A DNA stretch of 63,192 bases, filler included, from Folioceros fuciformis (lineage: Eukaryota), in assembly GCA_049999805.1 (NCBI GenBank). It is 9 parts of 9 records of this genome, joined end to end, with 100 filler letters (N's around TTAATTAATTAA, not from the genome) between each part and the next. Parts side by side here need not be neighbours in the genome. Positions count along the whole stretch, not along the records: positions 45,747 to 51,685 come from JBNGIO010005169.1; positions 51,786 to 54,259 come from JBNGIO010005170.1; positions 54,360 to 60,567 come from JBNGIO010005171.1; 6 more parts are not named here. One strand, 5' to 3'. The stretch's first letter is position 1. Every line of letters starts with the position of its first letter. The notes beneath the pieces were generated by a model that was not told where the DNA came from, searched no databases, and saw only the letters and a list, made by a program, of their open reading frames with translations. Below, one piece after another: positions 50,425 to 60,667 of the stretch. A program made the translations under genes and the position numbers.

Positions 50425-50680
50425 TGAATGTCACTTTATATTCAACCATGGAGCTTCTATGGGTTATGGTTTGCTCATTTAGGGGTTAGGGTTTGCACCC
50501 AGGATGGCACTAGCATTGCAGCTTGGCACTGCTCCGTGGACTTTTTCCCATACCAGACACTCATTCAACGAATGTCATTTTACATTCATCCATGGAGCTT
50601 CCACGGGTCAAGGTTTGCTCATTTAGGGGTTAGGGTTTGCAGCCTAGATGACCTTGGCATTGTAGCTTGGCACTACTGTG
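50425..50680 (+). repeat. Direct duplication (~144-bp period)
   Basis: GAATGTCA.TTTA.ATTCA.CCATGGAGCTTC...GGTTTGCTCATTTAGGGGTTAGGGTTTGCA occurs twice. Confidence 0.8.
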
Positions 50681-50709
50681 CAAAACGTCACAAGATTAAC
50701 TCCATACAC

Positions 50710-50895
50710 AGAAATCAGAATTCAGTCAGAACCAATCATCACTGGGTAAAAGAATTGTAGACCCGTAACGCAGAAAGTAGAATTTAGTTGGAACTAATCA
50801 TCACTGGGTAAAAGAATTGTAGACCCGTAACGCAGAAAATAGAATTTAGTTGCAACTAATCATCACTGGGTAAAAGAATTGTAGACCTATAACGC
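50710..50895 (+). repeat. Tandem repeat, 3 x 62 bp
   Basis: AATCATCACTGGGTAAAAGAATTGTAGACC at 50734, 50796 and 50858. Confidence 0.9.
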
Positions 50896-50982
50896 GTAAA
50901 TGACCCATTGGAGCCTCGCTTCATGTCACCATGATTAACGTCATAGCAGGCTACTTGGAGCACTACCAGGCCCAACAGAGCT

Positions 50983-51070
50983 TTGTTGCACATCGCACGA
51001 CATCACGCATCAAACATCTAAACGATTTGTTGCACATCGCACGACATCACGCATCCAACATCTAAACGAT
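50983..51070 (+). repeat. Tandem repeat, 2 x 44 bp
   Basis: TTGTTGCACATCGCACGACATCACGCATC.AACATCTAAACGAT occurs twice. Confidence 0.9.
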
Positions 51071-51785
51071 ATTTCAACAGTCTGCACGATATTTCAACCG
51101 AACATATGAATGGCCGGTTTGGATTTTTTTTTCATAAGCTAAACACTCGTCCTCACGCCCAAACTGGCCAGACCCACTCTTTAAAAAAAGTTTTTTTGCC
51201 AAACCCCCTCTCTCCGGTTTGGTATGCCGTACTTTGCTGCAATGGTTGTAATCAAAATATTTAGGAAAATAAATTAATATAACTATATTAATATATATTA
51301 TATATTTTACACTGAAAATTAGACGAATAGGATGAGAGGAAATTAGAGTTGCCAGGGACTTACCATATTTTTTACGTGTATTGTACACCCTTGTCCGACT
51401 GGTCCTGGCGTCCGGATGTCCAAGAGAAACTCGAGTATCAGAGTGCCTTGGGACGGCATTTTCCAAAGTGTAAATGTTATCATTTTTGGCGGGGGCGTGG
51501 ACCACAGTGGAAAGTTGAAACCAAGGTGTGATGCGAGCGTTTTTTTCGTCGTTTTCAACTTCACTCTGGTGCATCTGTTGCACATGCTGGCGTCCTTCCG
51601 GGGCGGCTTCCTTTGAAATTTCACGTCCTCTTCATTCCTGCGATCTGGCCGCTCAACACCCGCCTGCTTCAGTCTTCGCCTGGGCNNNNNNNNNNNNNNN
51701 NNNNNNNNNNNNNNNNNNNNNNNNNNNNNTTAATTAATTAANNNNNNNNNNNNNNNNNNNNNNNNNNNNNNNNNNNNNNNNNNNN

Positions 51786-54259
51786 TGTCACACTTTCTGA
51801 CCTCATTGGTGCTCTTCTTGAAGAAGAGTCTACAAGGCATACAAGCAAGGGTGGTTCCTCTCACAAAGGAGACCCTATCAACAGGGTGCTTTATACTAAA
51901 GGCCCTCGGAGGCAACCTCCACGTCAAGCTTGGCCTGCAAGTAGCAGCAGTGGCAACACTAGTTTTAAAAAGAAACCAGCTTCGTCCACCAATAAGAAGA
52001 AGGGCCCCTGCAATTGGTGTTTGATTCTTGGCCATTGGGAGGCCGAGTGTAGAAAGAAGAAGGCTAACGAGCCCAGGAGGACTGCACCTCCTGAAACCAA
52101 TGTGGTACTTCGGAAAACCAACACCATACTTGCAGTCTGCCTTGTGTCTTCTGCATCAGAAAAGCACATTTGGTTCTTAGACTCCGGAGCTTCTACACAT
52201 ATTTGTCACACACGAGACTCATTTGACAATTACAGACCTGTGCAACCCGGACAGTTAGTTAAGCTGGGGGACGATAGAGGTCTCACCATAGAAGGAGTTG
52301 GCACTATGCTAGTTGTTTTTGCAGATAAGACCACTATACACTTATGTGATGTACTACATGTGCCTGACATGGCAAAGAACCTAGTGTCTATACGTAGGTT
52401 CACAGCTCAACATCACCTTGATGTGTCCTTCAGTGGAGATGAATGTCACATTACTGATCCACGGTTGAGAGGCAAAGTAGTTGCAGTTGGTACTCCGCTG
52501 CATGACCTGTATAAGGTCAACTTCACATCCAAGTTTGGCACACGTCCTGCAAGAGCACATGTGCATGTCAATCAAGAGGAAAAGCAACAGCAGCAGGCCA
52601 TGTTATGGCACTGCCACCTGGCACATGTTAATTTCGACAAACTGAAATCCATGGTGGCCAGTAACAATCTGTATAGAGAGAAGTTTATGCTCAAATTTGC
52701 CGACAAGCAATTCTGTGAATCATGTGTTGTTGGCAAACATAAGCGGCTTCCCTATACTGACAAAGATCCTACACGAGCAACCAAGTTACTTGAACTTATA
52801 CATACCGACCTATGCGGCCCCATGTCCACAGCCACCTTTGGAGGTGCACTTTACATACTTTCCTTTATTGATGACTGGAGCCGATATGTGGTAGTGTATT
52901 TGATTAAGCCTTGGGCTGCTTCCAGGAATATGTCCCCTATGCCCAAAGGCAAACAGGCGAATTAGTTAAGTGCCTTCGCAGTGATGGCGGAGGAGAATTC
53001 TGTCAAATACTTTTGAGGAATATTGCAAGGAGTTGGGGATAAGCAGATAGTACACTGTAGCTTACACATCTTCTCAAAATCCTCTTGCCGAGTTGAATAA
53101 CAAACACCTTCAGGAAGTCGCCAAGTCTATGCTTCAGCTTGCTGGATTATCAAGAGGTTACTGGGGTGAGGCAGTTGCAACAGCTGCGTACATCAGAAAC
53201 AGGCTACCTACAAAGGCTTTTGAGGGTACCACCCCATTTCAGAGATGGACTAATCATAGGCCAAGGATCAACCATCTTCGAATCTTTGGGTCACCTGCAT
53301 ATGCTCATCTTACAGAGAAACAATGCAGAAAGTTAGATTATACGGAGACCTTCTCCCCAGTTGTGAGGGCTACATCTGTTCGAGCACTATTGGCCTTGGC
53401 CGCGCAGCATGATTTCCTGTTACAGCACATGGACGTCAAAACGGCATTCCTAAATGGAACACTAGAAGAAACTATTTATATGAAACAACCAGAAGGTTAC
53501 GTGGATCCTAAGCACCCACAGAAAGTCTGTCGGCTTGTCAAAACTATCTATGGACTTAAACAGTCCCCTAGAGAATGGTATAAATGCATCGATACATACC
53601 TGAAGAAATGTGGCTTCATGCAAAGCAAGGCTGACTCTAATGTATATAAGTTACATGACAAGGATGGTGTTGTATACCTTGCTTTATATGTTGATGACGC
53701 TGTCATCATGGCCAGTGGCCCAAAGCACATGGCAACAGTAAAAGGTTTTCTGACCTCGGAGTTCTCCATGTTAGACTTGGGTCAGCTGACATTCTTCCTT
53801 GGGATACAGATCCTACAAAACCTTGCAACACACACAATATTTATACATCAGTCGATATTTGTTCAGCAAACACTGGTTAGATTCAGAATGCAGCATGCAA
53901 AGCCAGTAGCCACGCATATGGCTGTTGGAGATAAGCTAACTCTTGCACAATGTCCTAAGACAGAAAAAGAAAGGCAGGAGATGGAATTCGTACCATACAG
54001 GTCGGCAGTGGGAGTATGCATATACTTCAGGAACTAGACACGTCTAGAACTTTCACATGCTGTTGGAGTTACTTCACAATTCGTGTCGAATTATGGTTCT
54101 ACTCACTGGCATGTTGTATAGCGGATACTACACTATCTCGGCACCACACCAAAGTTAGGTTTACTATATACAAAAAGACCCGAGAACTTGTTGCTCACCT
54201 GCTATTATGACGCAGACCGGGCATCTGATGCTGACAGTAGAAGATCTATCTCAGCTCAT
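51786..54259 (+). mobile_element. Copia G internal fragment (gag end, PR, IN, deletion, RT); close paralogue of 60668-63192
   Basis: CNWCLILGHWEAEC, WFLDSGASTH, IHTDLCGP, HMDVKTAFLNG, YVDDA. Nucleotide sequence is near-identical to the reverse complement of ~60980-62460. Confidence 0.92.
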
Positions 54260-54359
54260 NNNNNNNNNNNNNNNNNNNNNNNNNNNNNNNNNNNNNNNNN
54301 NNNTTAATTAATTAANNNNNNNNNNNNNNNNNNNNNNNNNNNNNNNNNNNNNNNNNNNN

Positions 54360-54647
54360 CCTAGGGCTCTGATACCAAGTTGGAAGACTACATGCCCTAG
54401 GGCTCTAGTACCAAGTTGGAAGACTACATGCCCTAGGGCTCTGATACCAAGTTGGAAGACTACATGCCCTAGGGCTCTAGTACCAAGTTGGAAGACTACA
54501 TGCCCTAGGGCTCTGATACCAAGTTGGAAGACTACATGCCCTAGGGCTCTAGTACCAAGTTGGAAGACTACATGCCCTAGGGCTCTGATACCAAGTTGGA
54601 AGACTACATGCCCTAGGGCTCTGATACCAAGTTGGAAGACTACATGC
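54360..54647 (-). repeat. Tandem array of 8 x 36-bp LTR-end/PBS units
   Basis: Plus-strand unit CTAGGGCTCT(GA/AG)TACCAAGTTGGAAGACTACATGCC starts at 54361, 54397, 54433, 54469, 54505, 54541, 54577 and 54613. The minus strand contains TGGTATCAGAGCC. Confidence 0.95.
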
Positions 54648-54834
54648 GGAAGCGTGTCTTCAATACAAAAGATAAATTAAGAATAATACAAAATACAAAT
54701 AGTTGTCCTTTTATAGGTATCACCCTAAAGGGTGTGACTTTTCACTAGCCTAGCAAATTAACATAACTCTCGGTTGGCTAAACTAGCATGACTTATGGTT
54801 ACTTAACTCTAGTGGACTGGTACCCCTTCTAACT
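54630..54834 (-). mobile_element. 5' LTR of a minus-strand Copia element, apparently inserted into the RT of Copia H
   Basis: Abuts the PBS at 54629-54617. Imperfect terminal inverted repeat AGTTGGAAG / CTTCTAACT. An RT reading frame (LKLSKSM..KIPYRKAI) starts immediately after 54834. Confidence 0.55.
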
Positions 54835-56504
54835 ACTTAAGTTAAGTAAAAGCATGAGTCTTAGTACACAAATTGAATAGGAAGCTATGTCTAAGATACC
54901 TTATAGAAAGGCCATTCGTAACTTGATTTATGCTGCTAATACCACAAGACCATAAATAGCTTACGCAACCAGTGTTTTGTCTCAGTATTTGGAGAATCCT
55001 GGACAGGAACATTGGAAATGTTTGAAACGTGTACTTAGATATTTGAAAGGCACGTTTAGCAAGGGCATACGTTATAAGGGCAAGCATGATGAAGAACTTA
55101 CTTTGGAAGTTTTTACAGATTCCGATTATGCAGGCGATGTAGACATCATGAAATCAGTTTCTGGTTATGTGGTTAGCATTGCTGGAGGACCTATCAGTTG
55201 GTCTGGCAAAAAGCAACCTACAGTTGCCTTATCCAACACCGAAGCTGAGTATAGAGTGCTTACAGCAGCTGCCAAAGAAGTGATATGGTGCAAGTTATTA
55301 TTTAAGGAACTTGGTTTATTAATTCCAGCTTGCACAACAATACATATAGATATTCAAGGTGCAATTGCTTTGGCACAAAATCCAGTTTTTCACTCTTGTA
55401 CAAAACATGTGGAAGTGGAGTATCATTTTATAAGAGATTTGGTTGTAGTTGGAAAAGTAACATTGGAGTATGTCCCTACATAAGAAAATCTTGCTGATGT
55501 TTTTACAAAGCTATTAAGCAAAGAATTGCATAACAAACATGTTCAAGCACTGGGCCTTGGAAAGTATCCTAGCTCCCTTATAAACTCTCATTAGGAGAGT
55601 GTTCAAGCACTGGGCCTTGGGAAGTATCCTAGCTCCCTTATAAACTCTCATTAGGAGAGTGTTCAAGCACTAGGCCTTGGGAAGTATCCTAGCTCCCTTA
55701 TAAACTCTCATTAGGAGAGTCAGATGCTTACCAATGACTATGGACTAGGTCTACACAACAATTTTCTCGGTGATGGCATGGGTTGCAGCGGCTCTGGCAA
55801 GCGTTCTCCTAGCTGGTGCTCCCATCCTCTTCTTCTTCTGGCAGAGTGCCCGCTTCACAACTTTTTGCGCCGCGGTGACAGCTGAAGATGCTCTCGCTGA
55901 GACTAGGCATGGCAGCCACTGCACCTGCTTGCTAGTTGAGGCAGCTCTTGCAGTCTTTGGCTGATCTTCCTTGACCTCCTTGGTGGTGAAGCGGCCGTGA
56001 GCATCTCTCTTGCAAGTGCGCCTCCGATTCCGGTCACAACCGACATTAGTACATGACGCCATCGCAAAGTTGCAGGAGCTTGCTGGTTTGTGAGCCGTTC
56101 TAAAAACCTAGCATGAGAATTTAAACCAGCAACTAGAAATGGACTAACCAGGTTGGCGGCAAGACATGCAACTCCATCATATTTCCACAAGAGTGTGAGA
56201 ATAACTGCTGTGCTCGTGCACTACCTATCGTTCATGTGTTCGACATTGCTTGAAGTTGAAGCGCCAATATGAGGGAAACTAAAGCCTAGTGGATATAGCA
56301 ACAACTGGGAGTGTTGAAATGACTTCATTAGAATGTTGCTTACATCAACTAGGGTTAGGGCACATTTCATATTTTTAATTTTAGATATGGATGCACCTTG
56401 TGAAAGGGTGCACCCATTGGTGGTAGTTACAGCCCTAACTTTGGTAGTTATTATTTAAGACTTATTTTCTTTTATTTTTGTTGTACTTCATGAATTATTC
56501 AATA
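54835..56504 (+). mobile_element. Copia H 3' part (RT end, RNase H, long 3' region, PPT, 3' LTR), related to Copia A
   Basis: LIYAANTTRP..AYATSVLSQYLENPG..FTDSDYAGD..KKQPTVALSNTEAEY..TKHVEVEYHFIR. GGGAG|TGTTGAAAT at ~56307-56320. LTR ~56312-56504. Confidence 0.85.
55541..55720 (+). repeat. Tandem repeat, 3 x 60 bp, spanning the pol stop codon
   Basis: GTTCAAGCACT.GGCCTTGG.AAGTATCCTAGCTCCCTTATAAACTCTCATTAGGAGAGT at 55541, 55601 and 55661. Confidence 0.95.
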
Positions 56505-56704
56505 TAGAATGTATATGTTTCCTTTTGGCTCAATGTTTGATTATAGCAATTCCTAAAATTAAAAACGGCATCCTCTCCACGTACTTTGCGCAATGCCCGG
56601 GGTACCTCATCCACACGATCTCTATCCCCAAATTTTCTTTCCAAATTGAGGGACTTCGACAAGCAGGTATTGAATACAAAAATCAGAGCCATCTTTTTTT
56701 GCAT

Positions 56705-59700
56705 TGAGAATGATCGTGTGTAGTAGTAGTAATAACAAAGCAAGGTCTTGTGTCTTGTGCCATACGCCATGGCGGTTAGGTATTTTTTTGTGTTTATGTT
56801 TCTTTTCACATTAGGCTATCTAGCCATAGCTAAAACTCATTTAGCTTAACCTAATTGTTGACTAGCTGACGCTAGACTATTCCTAGGCTTCACTTCGCAC
56901 CCCCACTTAGTCGTAGCCGTCAGCCGCCACCTATTTACTTGATCACTTCATCTTCCTTTTTCTCGGCTTCAATGTCAGACCTGTGTCTCAAGCCAAGTCC
57001 AACAACATGCAAGTTATGTTTTTCTTTTGCTAGAGCCTTGGTCAGTAAATCAGCTGTATTGTCATCTGTGGGGATGTAACTGAGACTGATTATCTTGTTG
57101 GCAATCGCATTTCTTATGAAATGTTGTTTCACCTCCACATGTCTCGTACGAGCATGCGAGATAGGATTCCTGGCTATGGCAATGGCAGACTGATTGTCGC
57201 AATACATTGGCGTTGGCTCTTGTTGCTGGTAACCTAGAGTTTTCAGGAAATTCCGTAAGTGCATAACTTCTTGAGCTGCAGTTGTGGCTGCTGCATATTC
57301 GGCCTCCGTAGACGATAGTGCAACCACTGTTTGCTTCTTTGAAGACCAGCTAACGAGGCCGCCACACACCTTAATACAATATGCAGATATGGACCTACGT
57401 GAGACCTTATCACCAGCCCAATCAGAGTCCGTCTTGCACTCCATCCAGGTCCTTACATCAGCCCCTTTCTTGCTATACAAAAGTCCTAGGTCAGATGTGC
57501 CTTTCAAGTACCTAAGGACACGCTTAGCAGCTATCCAATGCTGCTGTCCAGGGTTAGCTAAGAATTGTGAGGCAATTGATGTTGCATGGGCAATATCTGG
57601 TCTGGTCCAGCCACTCAGCCATAGCAGACACCCTACAAGAACTCTGTATGGTATATTCTCCATCTCCTTCTACTCAGCAATTGTCTTGGGACATTGATCT
57701 TGTGTCAAGGTAGCCCCCACTGCAGCTGGAGTTGCTGCTGGCTTCGCATTTTGCATGTTGAACTTCTCAAGTAATCTGTTCACATAATGCTGCTGGTGGA
57801 GAAATATGCTTCCTGTCACTGGGTTCATGAATGCTTGGACACCTAGGAAGAATTTGCAAGGGCCCAAATCTGTCATTTTGAATTCCGATGACAGGATGCC
57901 TTTTACCTCTTTTATCATGCCATCATCGGATCCAAAAATGATTGTGTCATCAACGTACACCGCTAGGTAGGCAGTCTGCCCTTGCTTCTTGTATACATAG
58001 ACACTGCCATCAGCATCTGATTGCTTAAACCCTCTCCTTACAAGGTATGTGTGCAACCTCAAGTTCCACCCACGATTTGATTGTTTGAGGCCATACTGGG
58101 TTTTCTTCAGCCTACAAACCTTGCTTGGGTGCTTGGCATCAATATAGCCTTCAGGCTGCATCATGTATACCTCTTCTTCAAGGAGGCCATTAAGGAAAGC
58201 TGTTTGTACATCCATCTGGTGGATGTGGTAACCTTCGTGAGCAGCAACAGCCATGAGTGTCCTTAATGATGACGCACGTACAACAGGAGCGAAAGTCTCA
58301 TTGTAGTCTATCCCTTCTCTTTGTGAGAATCCACGCACCACTAGTCTAGCTTTGAACCTAGCTGTGCTGCCATCAGGGTTGAGTTTCCTCTTGAACACCC
58401 ATTTGTTTGAAATCGGCCTCCTTCCTTGGGGTAAATCAACTAATTCCCAAGTCTCGTTCTCAATGAGGGAATCAAATTCTGATTTGATCGCTGCTTGCCA
58501 TTGCTCCTTCTCCGGTGAGTTTATGGCTTCTTTGTAGGATGTTGGTTCACCTGGGTCTTGGGCTGCTATGAGTATTTGAGCCAACATGGCATTCATATTT
58601 GCATTCGACCGTATGTGCCCTTCCATGGCAAGTGGCACTTGACTCCATTCCAGGGGAGAGCTTGTATGGTGTCTCGCTGACCTCCTAGGCATAGCAGGCT
58701 GACCAGGTTCAAACTGTGTTGGTTTCAGCTTCACCCTCACTTGCATGAGCCGCAAATGTGTCACCAGGATCAATGTCAACTTGTGGTAGTGGGTTGAGGC
58801 CTGGAGCTGAAGTAAGGCTTGGGGCTTGTGGTGGAGTTACTTGTGGCTGACTTGTACGTGGGATGGTTTGCTCAAGTTCAGAATCACTATCGCTTTGGAG
58901 TTCAGTAGCTGGAGGGTCAGACATTACATCCTATGGGCCCCCCTCTCTAGCACAAGCCGCAACCAACAAACTGTTCTCATCAAAAATGCCAACACGGGTA
59001 TGAGTAACATGGCCAGAACTAGGGTCATAAACCTTATACCCTTTGATACCCTCAGTGTATCCAATGAAGGTCATAGTACGGGCTTGATAATCCAGCTTCC
59101 TCCGTTGGGTCTTTGGGATGTGCATGTACACACGGCTGCCAAAAATTTTCAGATGTGAAATGGATGGTTTACGACCAGTCCACCGCTCATATGGGGTAGC
59201 ACCTATGAAGGAAGAAGTGGGCAAACGGTTTTGCAGATATGTGGCAGTTTGTACTGCATCAGCCCAAAATGGCTTGGATAAACCGGACTGATAAAGCATA
59301 GCCTTAGCTGCTTCTTGGAGGTATCTGTTCTTTGCCTCTGCCAATGCATTTTGGCTGGATGTGTGTGGGGAGGTCAGCTGGCGGGCAATGCCAAGAGAAC
59401 GACAATATGACTGGAATTCACCACTAATAAATTCGCCCCCATTATCAGTCCTGAGCACTTTGAGAATTTTCCCAGTTTGTCGTTGAGAGAAGTCAACATA
59501 CTGTTGAAACTTCTCTAAGGCCTCATTCTTCTGCCGCAAGAAATATGTAACAGTGTATCTACTGTTATCATCAATGACAGCCATGAAGTAAAGGGAACCA
59601 CCAAGTGATGGTGTTGACATCGGTCCACAGAGATCCGTATGGACCATTTCCAATAAGTCAGATGCACGGTCATGTTCACTCTTCTTAGGCTTCTTCTTGA

Positions 59701-60567
59701 CCATCTTACTATGGATGCAAGCGCCACATAATACATGTGTGTCAGTAACCTGCTAGTCAAGTTTCTCACGGTACAACTCCTGCTCTGTCATCCGTTTCAT
59801 CTTCGTGAAGTTCGGATGTGCAAGCCTTGAATGCCACAAGAGCTGAGGATCACTGTGTGTAAGGCGTTTTGCCAACATGACTTGAGATGTCGAGTTAACT
59901 TGTGGATTTCCAGCAATCCAGCTTGTATAAGTCAGCTTGTAGGGCACCAAGGGCCAGGATATGGTCTGTCTGCTTCTCTCGCAGCTCACAGTGATTTTCG
60001 CTGAAGGAAATATGAACCATCCAGTCCCTGCAGAGATGCCTAACTGACATGAGATTTTTACACATCTGTGGCACGTGTAGCACTTGGTGGAGCAAGCGGG
60101 TTGATCCATCTAGCAGCTGAATTTGCACAGTGCCGCAGCCAGCAACTGCAAGTCCACTCCCATCTCCAAGTAGGACAAGTTGTCCAGGTGCATAGGTGGT
60201 ATAGTTGATGAAGCCTTCTCGCATGTAGCATATGTGCGCGGAGGCACCTGAGTCGACAAACCAATGATCTTGATCAGCCTTGGTATGTGCGAGGAACACA
60301 GTAAGGATGGTGTTTGGATTTGTCGTTTTGGCCCGGGCAGCTACATGAGCCTCAAATGCTCTCCTCGGCTCCCCGGATTTTTTCTTTCTGCAGTCAGCCT
60401 CTATGTGGTCTAGAAGACGGCACCAGTTACAAGTGAGTTTTCTATGGTTGGGGTTTGGTGGAGGTCGACCATCATGTGTTTTGCCTCTGCCCTGCGATGA
60501 TGATGGTCTTGTATTAAAATGGCCACCACGACCCCCTCTTCCTCCTCTGCCAGCATAGAGGACCTGG
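56705..60567 (-). mobile_element. Copia I: gag end through RNase H, PPT and 3' LTR, decayed
   Basis: ORFs 60299-59895, 60109-59753, 59704-58931, 58779-57670 and 57663-56935 cover PR (WFVDSGASAH), IN, RT (YVDDT) and RH (RTRHVEVKQHFIR). PPT AAGTGGGGG at 56908-56900. LTR ~56899-56705. Confidence 0.92.
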
Positions 60568-60667
60568 NNNNNNNNNNNNNNNNNNNNNNNNNNNNNNNNN
60601 NNNNNNNNNNNTTAATTAATTAANNNNNNNNNNNNNNNNNNNNNNNNNNNNNNNNNNNNNNNNNNNN

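Noticed and set aside
50478..50640. TTTAGGG/TTAGGG telomere-like repeats
   Set aside because: Only two imperfect units per site, which is not an interstitial telomere array.
54360..54647. 36-bp repeats resembling a CRISPR array
   Set aside because: The units are head-to-tail with no unique spacers, there are no cas genes, the context is eukaryotic, and the unit is explained by LTR end + PBS.
15526..60667. Eight identical TTAATTAATTAA palindromes centred in N runs
   Set aside because: Artificial six-frame stop linker used to join contigs. It is not biological, and ORFs or elements should not be joined across it.
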